From the NCBI GenBank assembly GCA_012959605.1, contig DUCU01000095.1, forward strand, positions 5,718 to 69,717: a stretch of DNA of 64,000 nucleotides. Reading direction: 5' to 3'. Numbering within the stretch: the stretch's first letter is position 1; every line of letters begins with the position of its first letter. A model generated the notes under the pieces. The model did not search any database. It saw only the letters and a program-made list of their open reading frames with translations, and was not told the DNA's origin. The position numbers were made by a program, and so were the translations under genes. Below, piece after piece: positions 27,778 through 37,444 of the stretch. The stretch is from Dehalococcoidia bacterium. Lineage in GTDB: Bacteria > Chloroflexota > Dehalococcoidia > Lucifugimonadales > UBA3495.

Positions 27778-30048
27778 ATGACCACAATTAAACTGGCATC
27801 TGGAACGTCTGTGGAGATTGACGACGCCTTGTACAACTTTGTGAGGGCTGAGCTTGTTCCAGGCACGGGCAAGACCGTGGATGAGGTTTTCAGCATACTT
27901 GGAGACTTGGTGCTGGATTTTGGTCCCCGAAACCTGGAACTCTTGGAAAAACGAACTTCCAGACAGGCCAAAATAGACGAATATTACCTGGCGAATCGGA
28001 AGGCTGGCTGGAAACCTACGCTAGAATCGGCAACCAAGGATGCCTCAGAATTGGGTCAGTTTCTGGTAGACGAAGGTTATCTGGATACCGAGCCAGCCCC
28101 GGGCAGCGCCACTGACTTCAGCATGACCACCCCGGAACTTGATCTGGAAATGTCTCAGAACGGCCCAGAACTAGTTACTCCGGTGAACATTGCCAGCATG
28201 GCGGTTGGCGGGGCCAACGCCAGGTGGGGCAGCCTCTATGATGCCTATTTTCTCAGTGATATAAATCTGGAAATTGACCGCGAGTCGAACCGGGCCGAAC
28301 GTCTGCAAATGGTCGTAGACCGGACCAATGAATACCTCAGTTTAGACGTTGCCCAATGGGCAAACGGCTTGGGGTTCAAAGACTTTGTCTCCTATTCTGT
28401 AAGCCCCGACTCAAGCGGCAAACAGGTTCTCCAAGCCCGGACCAGCGACGGCACTGTGGTTGGGTTACAGCACCCCCCCAAGTTCATTGGGTTCAATCAA
28501 GACGGCGACCAACTGACAGAATTCTTCCTTGATGACAATAACCTGAAGATTCAGTTCCAGCTTTACGAAGGCGGAACGGTTAATAAAGAAAACGGACAAT
28601 TCAGGGATCTGATTGTTGAATCAGCGGTGACCAACATAGTTGATTTTGAAGATGCGGTTGCCATCGTCGATGGCGAGGACATGGTTCAGGCGTTGCGGAA
28701 TTACCTGGGATTGATTCGAGGTGATATCCAGGCGCAAAGTTCCCGCGGCGCGTTGAAGACGATGAACTCAGACATCGACTTCATCGGCGTTGATGGAGTG
28801 CCTCAGACCGCTAAAGCCACCAGCTTGATGTCCGTCCGCAACGTATCGCTGCATATGTATACCGACATGGTGAAAGTGGACGGACAGGACATTTCCGAGA
28901 GGATTCTGGGCGTGCTGCTGACCACGTTGATTGCCACTGCCCATGACAAAGGGTCAACCGGCACCCCTGATTCAGGTGGTGTTCCAACCAGGGGGCCCAA
29001 CAGCAAAAAGGGGTTTGTTTACCAGGTGACTCCCAAGTTGCAGACCGCAGAGGAAGTTGCGGAACAAGTCCGATTTTTCGAGGCTGTTGAAGCAAGCTTG
29101 GGTTTGGCCAAGAACACCATTCTCCTAGGCATAATGAACGAAGAACTTGGTATGACGCTGCAGCTTGCAGAGTCACTCAAAGCCGCGCAGAGCCGGGTAT
29201 TCTTCACCAATACCGGGTTCTTGGATCGCACAGGCTCACAGATACGAGTGCAGACTCACGCGGGGCCCGTTGATCTGCGTGACGATCTCACAGCCTCCGT
29301 CTTTAACACCAGCTATGAACTGCACAACGTAGATGTGAGCCTCCGGGCTGGCGTCCACACCCAAGGCAAGATCGGCAAGGGGATGCAGGTCAAGAACCGG
29401 GCTATGGTGGAAATGATGGAGAACAAGATCAACCATCCCAAGAGCGGGGGCAACACCGCTTGGGTGCCTGCGCCAAACCCCAGCCACCTCCATTCCATGC
29501 ACTATCACATGATTGACGTTGACCAAGTGCAGAGAGTGATGGAAGATTCGCCTTCTCCGGACATTTCCAGGAGAGACCTGCTGACTTTCCCTGTATTAAA
29601 GCGCGAGAAACTAACCGACGCTGCAACAAAAGAAACGTTGCTGCTCAGCTACGCCCACAGCATGGTCGCCTATGTGGAACCCTGGGTTCACCGAGGTATT
29701 GGCTGCAGCGGTGTTCCCAACTTCAACCAGGTTGAGGAGATGAAAGACCGTGCCACTGAGAGAATTGACGGGGCGATAATCGCCAACTGGAAGCTCCATG
29801 GAGTGGTCAGCCAGGCAGAGATTGAAGATGCTGTTAAAAAGGCGACTGAAATCTTGGACGAACAGAACGCCGGACAGGCTGGTTACGTACCAATGACCGA
29901 TACCGAGGAAAAACGTGAAGGCCTGCTCCAAGAACCGGCAATCTGCGCGGTGTTGCAGATAATCGACGATGCTCTGACTTCTCCCAGCGCGTATGTGGAA
30001 CCGGCATTGTTCAAGTATCGTAAGGCAGTGAAAGCCGCCGCAGCTTAA
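27778..30048 (+). CDS. glcB: Malate synthase G-like protein (divergent)
   Basis: 756 aa. ANARWGSLYDA, FTNTGFLDRTG, GNTAWVPAPNP..LH..HYH, GCSGVPN...EEMKDRATERI align to MSG motifs. Several conserved motifs are altered (see findings). Confidence 0.7.
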   Translation: MTTIKLASGTSVEIDDALYNFVRAELVPGTGKTVDEVFSILGDLVLDFGPRNLELLEKRTSRQAKIDEYYLANRKAGWKPTLESATKDASELGQFLVDEGYLDTEPAPGSATDFSMTTPELDLEMSQNGPELVTPVNIASMAVGGANARWGSLYDAYFLSDINLEIDRESNRAERLQMVVDRTNEYLSLDVAQWANGLGFKDFVSYSVSPDSSGKQVLQARTSDGTVVGLQHPPKFIGFNQDGDQLTEFFLDDNNLKIQFQLYEGGTVNKENGQFRDLIVESAVTNIVDFEDAVAIVDGEDMVQALRNYLGLIRGDIQAQSSRGALKTMNSDIDFIGVDGVPQTAKATSLMSVRNVSLHMYTDMVKVDGQDISERILGVLLTTLIATAHDKGSTGTPDSGGVPTRGPNSKKGFVYQVTPKLQTAEEVAEQVRFFEAVEASLGLAKNTILLGIMNEELGMTLQLAESLKAAQSRVFFTNTGFLDRTGSQIRVQTHAGPVDLRDDLTASVFNTSYELHNVDVSLRAGVHTQGKIGKGMQVKNRAMVEMMENKINHPKSGGNTAWVPAPNPSHLHSMHYHMIDVDQVQRVMEDSPSPDISRRDLLTFPVLKREKLTDAATKETLLLSYAHSMVAYVEPWVHRGIGCSGVPNFNQVEEMKDRATERIDGAIIANWKLHGVVSQAEIEDAVKKATEILDEQNAGQAGYVPMTDTEEKREGLLQEPAICAVLQIIDDALTSPSAYVEPALFKYRKAVKAAAA

Positions 30049-30127
30049 AAACTTGGTTCAGTTTAGAGAACTAATCTCCGTAGACTTATTTGTAATCTGC
30101 AGCGATTTACTTTTAGGCTATGAGCTC

Positions 30128-30697
30128 TTACCGAACCTCTCGCATCGTTCTGATGTTTTGTCTAACGTCATCAAGGGTGAACGGCTTGTTCATCAGATTG
30201 TGATGCGTCTCTGATAAGTAATAAGGCGGTGTTGGCAACCAGCAAAAGTGGGACACTTTTGTTAAGGAGAGATCAGGGGGAATGGCGGTGTTCTGGGACT
30301 CCCGGAGCAGTCGGTCGTAGCGTTTGCGTTGGGCTAAGGTCTGAGCTTTCACCTCCTTTCTCGTGATCAGGGTCTCTTCCGTGCGTCTTCCGTGTAGGAC
30401 ATCATCGGGCGTCACGTTGCCAAGGGGTTTGTGATAATGGCGGTTGTTGTAGTAGTCCACGAAGCCGGAGATGGCCTCCTCCAGATCACTCGGCGCCTCG
30501 TACGGGACCTGGTTCACTTCTTGCTTGATACTCTGGTGGTAGCGCTTTAGCTTCCCGTTGGTTTGTGGGTGGTAAGGCTCTGCCCGGATGTGACGGATCC
30601 CTACCAAGCTCAGGTAGTCGCAAAAAGCCCTGGATACGTAGCCCGATCCGTTGTCGCTTAGCAGTCTGGTCCGGTCTTCCAAAGGCACTTCAGCCAT
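30128..30697 (-). mobile_element. Truncated DDE (rve-type) transposase remnant
   Basis: Only the C-terminal part of an integrase core is present: LLSDNGSGYVS...YHPQTNGKLKRYH...YNNRHYHKPLGNVTPDDV. There is no room for the N-terminal half before recG at 30833. Confidence 0.75.
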
Positions 30698-30832
30698 GTC
30701 GGCGCGGTATTCGTCATACGGAAAATGGTAATGGTAAGGGGTTGTGAGGGAAACGAGAGGAAACCAGTAACAATGCGCTCGGCCAGGTTACAGACTGACG
30801 AGACATAATCAAGCTTGATATAGCTAAATTGG

Positions 30833-33337
30833 TTAGGCTACGTTGGCGCTGGCTCGGTCTACGAACCTGGCTACCTGGGCGGCAATGGCCGCGTGGTCAG
30901 GCGCCTTTAGGTCGGGGTCGTCTTCCATCAATTTAGTGGCTTCGTCTCTGGCCATCTCCAATAATTCCCGGTCGGTGATATGGGCCATCTTCAGGCTTGG
31001 TAGGCCGCTTTGGCGAGTGCCAAAAAAATCGCCGGGCCCACGCAACTCCAAGTCAACTTCTGCCAACTGGAAACCGTCATGGATTCTAGCCAAGGCAGAC
31101 AGACGCTCGTTAGCTGTCTCCGAGGCAGCGTCGGATAGTAGCATGCAGTAGCTTTTATGCTCTCCTCGTCCAACCCGTCCTCGGAACTGGTGCAATTGGG
31201 CCAGTCCAAAACGGTCTGCGCCGTCGATCATCATCACGGTGGCGTTGGCGACATCAATGCCCACTTCCACCACTGGCGTGGTCACCAGTATGTCCAATTC
31301 ACCGTCCCTAAATTGGCGCATGACCTTCTCTTTTTCCTTGGGAGGCATACGCCCGTGCAGCAGACCCAGCGATAGATCAGGGAAGATATCCTCGGAAAGC
31401 CGTTGATACTCTTCGGTGGCGGCTTTTGATTCGATGGTCTCAGACTCGTCGACTAACGGGCAGACGACAAACGCCTGTCTGCCTTCTTCTACCTGCTTGC
31501 GGATGAACCCGTAGGCAGTGCTCCGTTGTTCTGGTTCCAACCTCTTGGTGGCTACTTCCTGTCGGCCGGCCGGCATCTCATCAATGGTTGAGATGTCCAG
31601 GTCACCAAATAGCGTCAGAGACAACGTCCGGGGTATCGGCGTGGCCGACATGATCAAGGTGTGGGGATTCTCATTACCTCTTTCTTGTAAGGCCGATCGT
31701 TGATTCACGCCGAACCGGTGTTGCTCGTCGGCCACGGCTAAAGCCAGTTTGGGAATGGAAATGCCTTCTTGTATCAACGTCTGCGTTCCTACCAAGATAT
31801 CCAGCGTTCCGTCTGCAGCCCGCTTGGCCAGCTCCCGTTTCACGGCGGCTTTGGAACTGCCGGTCAGCAGGCCAATGGAGATGGGCCGGTCCATGTGCTC
31901 CAGGTAGACCGTTAGCAGATGGGGTTCTTGCACCGGGCGAGGCAGGCCGCTGAGCAAGTTGCTAATGCTCAGGAAATGCTGTTCTGCGAGTACCTCTGTC
32001 GGCACCATCATCGCGCCTTGGTAGCCAGCGGCGGCCACCGACAATAATGCCGACAAGGCGACCACGGTTTTGCCGCTGCCGACCTCACCCTGCAATAGAC
32101 GGCTCATTGGTGGGGTGCCGCCACGCATGTCTGACTCAATCTCTTGAATGCAGCGGCGCTGGGCGTTGGTCAGAGGGAAGGGTAGTGTCATGTAGAACGC
32201 TTCAATGACATCAGTCGGGGCAACTAGCTCTATCCCCTTTACGTTGTCATGTTGCATCCGGCGTCGGGCTAACATTGCCAATTGGAGCGTGAAAAGTTCG
32301 TCAAATGCCAGGCGACGTCGGGCTAATTCCCAGGATTCCATCTCTTTGGGATAGTGGGCCTGTTCCACCGCCTCCAGCAAGGGCATCAATTTGGTTCGAC
32401 TCAAGATGTCTTCAGGCAGGGCTTCTTGTAGGCCACCCAGCCAGTTTTGCACCGCCTGCCAGGTTAGCCGCCGCATGTTGCGTCGGGTTAGCCCCTCAGT
32501 TAGCGGGTAGATGGGCACCAAGCGGCCGGTGTGAACCCCAGCGCCAGCGGCGTCCAACATCTCGTGCTCGGGGTTTTCGAATACGAGCTGACCGCGGAAC
32601 ACCGATGCTTTGCCACTAACGGCGATACGGCTACCCGGTTTTAGTGTCCGGGCCAGGAATTTCTGGCCAAACCAAATGGCTCGCAAGTTACCGGAATCAT
32701 CGCTGAGCACCGCTTCGGTGTCTCTCCGCCCACCCCTTGGGCCTTTGGCAACCTCACGGGCTTCCCAGACGGTGGCAACCACGGTGCATTCTTTTCCCGG
32801 TTCTAACTCGGCAATCTTTACCGCAGTGGAATAATCTTCGTGACGGCGGGGAAAGAGGTACAAAAGGTCGCGGATGGTCTCGATCTCTAATTTTTTGAGG
32901 CGGGCGGTGAGCTTGGTATCCACGCCTTTCAGCCGGTCAACCGGAGCATCAACCGTGATTTCAGCGGGCGGCGCTTTGTAGGCTGACTTTTTCTCAGCTG
33001 CAGGTTTCTTAGCTTTGGGTTTGGCTTTTGTGGTGGTCGCCACCGTGTGGCTTGGTTCGCGATTGGGGCCTGCAGGGCCACCCAGCGCCTTACGCCATTG
33101 GACGACCCACTGCTCTCGCACCTTGGCAGACATGGAGTCGTACGACTCACGTAACATGAAATTTTCATCAATGACTGTTTGGGCAGCCATTTCGTCTGAC
33201 CAGCGTGCAAGGAACTTGTCCAGTCCGCCCATTACGGCTTTATTGTCAAATCCGTGGGACTCCTCAAGCTTCAATATGTTCTGGAAGGCGTCAGCCCAAG
33301 ACGGGTCAGTCTTTTTTTCAGGTTCTTTGGTGGCCAT
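30833..33337 (-). CDS. recG: ATP-dependent DNA helicase RecG (with ~130-aa N-terminal extension)
   Basis: 834 aa. GEVGSGKT Walker A, DEQHRFG, wedge domain, C-terminal helicase motifs (QLHQFRGRVGRG). Confidence 0.9.
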   Translation of the reverse strand: MATKEPEKKTDPSWADAFQNILKLEESHGFDNKAVMGGLDKFLARWSDEMAAQTVIDENFMLRESYDSMSAKVREQWVVQWRKALGGPAGPNREPSHTVATTTKAKPKAKKPAAEKKSAYKAPPAEITVDAPVDRLKGVDTKLTARLKKLEIETIRDLLYLFPRRHEDYSTAVKIAELEPGKECTVVATVWEAREVAKGPRGGRRDTEAVLSDDSGNLRAIWFGQKFLARTLKPGSRIAVSGKASVFRGQLVFENPEHEMLDAAGAGVHTGRLVPIYPLTEGLTRRNMRRLTWQAVQNWLGGLQEALPEDILSRTKLMPLLEAVEQAHYPKEMESWELARRRLAFDELFTLQLAMLARRRMQHDNVKGIELVAPTDVIEAFYMTLPFPLTNAQRRCIQEIESDMRGGTPPMSRLLQGEVGSGKTVVALSALLSVAAAGYQGAMMVPTEVLAEQHFLSISNLLSGLPRPVQEPHLLTVYLEHMDRPISIGLLTGSSKAAVKRELAKRAADGTLDILVGTQTLIQEGISIPKLALAVADEQHRFGVNQRSALQERGNENPHTLIMSATPIPRTLSLTLFGDLDISTIDEMPAGRQEVATKRLEPEQRSTAYGFIRKQVEEGRQAFVVCPLVDESETIESKAATEEYQRLSEDIFPDLSLGLLHGRMPPKEKEKVMRQFRDGELDILVTTPVVEVGIDVANATVMMIDGADRFGLAQLHQFRGRVGRGEHKSYCMLLSDAASETANERLSALARIHDGFQLAEVDLELRGPGDFFGTRQSGLPSLKMAHITDRELLEMARDEATKLMEDDPDLKAPDHAAIAAQVARFVDRASANVA

Positions 33338-33451
33338 TATGCGGATACCCTAACATGCCGAATCACCTGGGTTCGCGGTGAAATCTGGGTCACTTTAATC
33401 ATTCTCGTCCAACAGACTCACGTCACCAATGACCTGACATAAGATAACTAG

Positions 33452-34294
33452 CTAACTCGCTGCCTGAGTGACTGCTATTCCCAACGCATCGGGTCCGATG
33501 TAGGTCCCCAACGTGGATCCGAATCGAGCCTCAATGATCTGGCCGACAGGCAGTAGACCAGACAATTCCTGTTTCAACAACGCCAAGGGGTCTGGGTCAG
33601 TGCTATGAATCACAGCCAATCGCTCCACCGGCCCCAGATCCTGGGTCAGTTCGATCAATCGGCGCATTGCCCTTTCCCGGTTTCGGGGCCGTTCTACTGG
33701 GTGGGCTTCGCCGTCTTGAAGCTTGAGTATGGGTTTGACGCTGAGAATCGAACCCATGAACGCTTGAGCTTTACCGATGCGCCCACCCTTTTTGAGGTAC
33801 TCCAAGGTGTCTAGGGCGAATAATCCGTGGTGGCGCCCCAAGTCCCGGCGGACTTTGTTGGCGACTTCCTGAAAATCTGTGCCGCCGGCGACCATTGCTG
33901 CCGCGTCTAGCACTGCCAGACCAAGGGCGATGGATGCGAGTTTGGAGTCGATTATCTCCACCTGTGAACTGTCTTCTAATGAAGCCTTGGCCTGTTCGGC
34001 GGAATTATATGTGCCACTCAGTTTCGCCGAGACGTGGATTGATATCACCTGATGGCCCTGCCCAACTAAATCTTGGTATACGGCTTGGAAATCGGCCACG
34101 GTTGGTTGGGCAGTGGTGGGAGTCCGTCCCTCTGACTGCAAACGGACGTAAAAATCGTCCGGTTTTATTTCGATGCCGTCTTTGAATGTTTGGTCGTCAA
34201 CGACCACGTAACACGGGATGACGGTGATCTGATGTTGATCAACCAGGTCTATAGGAAGGTCTGCCGAACTATCGGTGACGATGCGTACGCTCAT
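33452..34294 (-). CDS. DegV-family fatty-acid-binding protein
   Basis: 280 aa. IVTDSSADLP start and TAQP..F motif. Confidence 0.85.
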   Translation of the reverse strand: MSVRIVTDSSADLPIDLVDQHQITVIPCYVVVDDQTFKDGIEIKPDDFYVRLQSEGRTPTTAQPTVADFQAVYQDLVGQGHQVISIHVSAKLSGTYNSAEQAKASLEDSSQVEIIDSKLASIALGLAVLDAAAMVAGGTDFQEVANKVRRDLGRHHGLFALDTLEYLKKGGRIGKAQAFMGSILSVKPILKLQDGEAHPVERPRNRERAMRRLIELTQDLGPVERLAVIHSTDPDPLALLKQELSGLLPVGQIIEARFGSTLGTYIGPDALGIAVTQAAS

Positions 34295-34345
34295 ATTCCT
34301 CTCGTGCGGCTAGATTGATTATCGATTATTAGGGCCATTCAAGGG

Positions 34346-35995
34346 CTATTCAACAGAAGCCAAGTATTCTTGATGGGGTTGACCACCTTCAATGATGTCA
34401 ACTTGAATACCGGGGTACTTGTTTTCCAATTCTGAGGCAACTGCCTGGGCATCAGACAGAGTGCGGGCACTGCCAAAGTAGACGCTGACAATCGCGTCGG
34501 CGCTGAGACCAACCAGATTAAGCACGGATTTAAGGGCTTGTTCCGAAGTCTCCTCGGCCACGACGAGCTGGCCTTCCAACAGTCCGATGAACTGGCCCTC
34601 AATTACTGCAACACCGCTGATGGTTGCGCCCCTGACGGCGGCAGCAACTTGAATTGAGGTAACTTCCTCTAATGCGGCGGTCATGGCCTCGATGTTCTCC
34701 TGCCACGGGGTTTCCGGATTGAAGGCCAACAAAGCAGTCACCCCTTGGGGCACGCTCTTGGTCGACACCACATGGACGGAAGAATCCGAAGCTGCGGCCT
34801 GTTCTGCGGCCAAGACCACATTGCCGTTGTTGGGCAGAACAATAACATCTAATGCACCAGTGGCGTGGGCCGCGTCCAATATTTGTTGCACGCTAGGGTT
34901 CATGGTTTGTCCGCCTTCAACCACGCCAGCGCAGCCCGAGTCCAAGAATAAGCGCAACAACCCCTCACCCTCGGCCACCGGCAGCAAAGCTAGTTTGACG
35001 CCATCGGATGGCCGAACGAGGCCATTTGATGCAAACTCAGCATTCTGAGCATTCATGTCTTCAATCTTGATTTCTGAAACCGAGCCTAGTGACTCCGCGT
35101 AACCTAACGCCGGGGCGGTGTCTTCCACATGGATGTGCACTCGGACATTCTGCTCGTCGCCCACTACCACGGTTGAGAGTGCAGTTTGCTGGAAATGACT
35201 GCGGACCTGGTTCAAGTCCAGGTTCTGCCCGTCTACGCGGCTGATGATGAACTGGGTGCAGAACCCCCATTCCTGTTCCACCGTAGCGCTGAGATAACTA
35301 GAATTAATCCCGTCTCTAATAGTTCCGTGGAAGCGAGCCAACTCAGAGAGGTCTACTGAGGCGTTCGCTGCGGAATTTCCAATTTTGGAGATGGATCGGA
35401 GAATTCCACCTATGAGGACCACGACACCAAGTCCCCCAGCATCTACTACACCCGCTTCTTTAAGGACCGGAAGTTGTTCCGGCGTTTGTTCCAAGGCGTC
35501 CTGGGCTGCCTCGTAGGCGACCGACCACAACCCGTCAACTCCGTGATAGCCAGCTTGTATCGCCTCCGACGCGCCACGGATTACGGAAAGCATGGTCCCC
35601 TCAACCGGATTACCAACGGAGCTGTAAGCCCCAGCCGAGGCCGATCCGAAGGCACGTTCTAAATCACCGGCGGTAAGAATCTCCTTGCCGTCCAGGGCAT
35701 CAGAGAAACCTTTCATGAACTGGGAGAGAATTACACCGCTGTTGCCTCTGGCCCCGAAGAACGCGCCTTTCGCCAACGCAGAAGAAACAGAAGCAACAGA
35801 AAGGTTGTGGTCGTTTGGGAAGGTGTCTTCTGCTGCCTTCACTGCTGCGCGCATGGTCAAGAGCATGTTGGTGCCAGTATCGCCGTCGGGCACAGGAAAC
35901 ACGTTCAGCTTATTGATGGCGTCCCGGTATTCTTCCAGGCAGCCGGTGGCGTCAGAAAAGGCTTGTTTGAGTTCATGTCCCCGTAGTTGGTCCAT
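34346..35995 (-). CDS. DAK2-domain protein (YloV-like)
   Basis: 549 aa. N-terminal NVFPVPDGDTGTNM Dak2 signature. Classical position upstream of recG. Confidence 0.85.
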   Translation of the reverse strand: MDQLRGHELKQAFSDATGCLEEYRDAINKLNVFPVPDGDTGTNMLLTMRAAVKAAEDTFPNDHNLSVASVSSALAKGAFFGARGNSGVILSQFMKGFSDALDGKEILTAGDLERAFGSASAGAYSSVGNPVEGTMLSVIRGASEAIQAGYHGVDGLWSVAYEAAQDALEQTPEQLPVLKEAGVVDAGGLGVVVLIGGILRSISKIGNSAANASVDLSELARFHGTIRDGINSSYLSATVEQEWGFCTQFIISRVDGQNLDLNQVRSHFQQTALSTVVVGDEQNVRVHIHVEDTAPALGYAESLGSVSEIKIEDMNAQNAEFASNGLVRPSDGVKLALLPVAEGEGLLRLFLDSGCAGVVEGGQTMNPSVQQILDAAHATGALDVIVLPNNGNVVLAAEQAAASDSSVHVVSTKSVPQGVTALLAFNPETPWQENIEAMTAALEEVTSIQVAAAVRGATISGVAVIEGQFIGLLEGQLVVAEETSEQALKSVLNLVGLSADAIVSVYFGSARTLSDAQAVASELENKYPGIQVDIIEGGQPHQEYLASVE

Positions 35996-36290
35996 GCTTA
36001 ACCCGTCATCAAGGTTTATTGGTTCAGTTGTTCGAGCCTATTGTGGAATGCAATAGGCGTTGCAGGGCACGTTCATTAGAAGGCTGTGCGATTGCTGGCA
36101 ATTATATCTCATGCCTAATTCCCCTACCTATTGGTGGAATCGGGTAGTTCGGTCGAGTTATAGTAGTCAGGTTACAGAAGTTCAACATTAGATGAACGGT
36201 GGTTGTCTCGGATTCTACAAAGTTCTGTTTTTGCGATTGCGTAGTCATTTGCATCTGAGAATGCTCAGTCTGGATTGGGCACGGATTTCC

Positions 36291-36319
36291 TTGACAGGTC
36301 TAGAGGGCTCCAGTAGTAT
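36291..36319 (+). promoter_or_regulatory. Candidate promoter of rplU-rpmA
   Basis: TTGACA-17 nt-TAGTAT, only about 17 nt upstream of the ATG (very short leader). Confidence 0.4.
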
Positions 36320-36336
36320 TAAAGGTCGAGGAATAT

Positions 36337-36729
36337 ATGGATTACGCAGTATTTAAAACAGGCGGGAAACAGTATCGGGTTCAGCCCGGCGACACACTAG
36401 ATGTCGAACTGCTACCCAACGAAATAGACTCGATTGCCGAGTTTGACCAGGTATTAGCCCTCTCTGACGGCGGAGAGGTAACCATTGGCGCTCCTTTAGT
36501 GGAAGGCGCTAAGATCACAGCCCAGGTCTTGTCTCATTACAAAGACCGCAAGCTGATGGTCTTCAAGATTAAAGCCAAGAACCGTTACCGGAGAAAGCGC
36601 GGCCATCGCCAGACTTACACTCGGTTGCGGATTCAAGACATCGAATTAAACAAGCCCCGCGCCCCCCGGCGTCGTGCGGCGGCCACGGCGGCACCTGCCG
36701 AGGCCGATGGCGGAGAAGGGAGCAACTAA
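36337..36729 (+). CDS. rplU: 50S ribosomal protein L21 (with basic/Ala-rich C-terminal tail)
   Basis: MDYAVFKTGGKQYRV..GD...V. Confidence 0.9.
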   Translation: MDYAVFKTGGKQYRVQPGDTLDVELLPNEIDSIAEFDQVLALSDGGEVTIGAPLVEGAKITAQVLSHYKDRKLMVFKIKAKNRYRRKRGHRQTYTRLRIQDIELNKPRAPRRRAAATAAPAEADGGEGSN

Positions 36730-36993
36730 ATGGCTCATAAGAAAGCTGGCGGCAGCACAAGTAACGGTCGAGATAGTAATTCTAAGCGGCTTGGCGTGAA
36801 ACGGTACGGCGGTGAGCGCGTTACCAGCGGCTCCATCATCGTCCGACAGCGCGGCACCCGCATCAAGCCCGGCACCAACGTTGGCCTGGGCAGAGACTAC
36901 ACCATCTTCGCAGTCATTGACGGCGAGGTGAAGTTCGAGTGGGCGGCCAAGGGTCGTCGCCGAGTCAGCGTCTATCCCTTGGAAGTCGCTTAA
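36730..36993 (+). CDS. rpmA: 50S ribosomal protein L27
   Basis: [24 protein letters not shown]... The ATG directly abuts the rplU stop. Confidence 0.95.
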   Translation: MAHKKAGGSTSNGRDSNSKRLGVKRYGGERVTSGSIIVRQRGTRIKPGTNVGLGRDYTIFAVIDGEVKFEWAAKGRRRVSVYPLEVA

Positions 36994-37063
36994 CTCAACT
37001 TATCCGGTTGGTCCAACAGGACGAACCAAAACAAATAAATTAGAAAGATAGATCAGTACAAAG

Positions 37064-37264
37064 ATGAAAGAAGAAATTCACCCTTATTTTTATAACTCCA
37101 CGGTGACCTGCTCCTGTGGCAACGTGTTCCAAACTGGCGGCACGCGGCCAACGGTTCGTGTTGAGGTGTGCAGCAAATGCCACCCCTTCTACACTGGCGA
37201 GCAACGGGTGGTTGACACCCAGGGCCGCATCGAACGCATGAAGCGCCGCTACAGTCTCAGCTAA
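37064..37264 (+). CDS. rpmE: 50S ribosomal protein L31
   Basis: MKEEIHP......V.CSCGN.F......V.VE.CS.CHPFYTG. Confidence 0.9.
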   Translation: MKEEIHPYFYNSTVTCSCGNVFQTGGTRPTVRVEVCSKCHPFYTGEQRVVDTQGRIERMKRRYSLS

Positions 37265-37309
37265 ACCTGGCCGTATTCGGCCGGACGGCTACAAACTCTG
37301 TGAAAACCT

Positions 37310-37345
37310 GAAAGATCGAGGGCTGTCAGCCCTCGATCTTTCTTT
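37310..37345 (+). terminator. Intrinsic terminator after rpmE
   Basis: 13-bp stem AAAGATCGAGGGC / GCCCTCGATCTTT, loop TGTCA, then CTTTT. Confidence 0.75.
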
Positions 37346-37444
37346 TAACCCACAAGTAGACTTAGTTTTTATTAAACCGGATACGGGTGAATTAGAGACT
37401 AACCCGGTGTCTCACCGGATCTCTCAGCAAGTAGAGGGCCTAAA

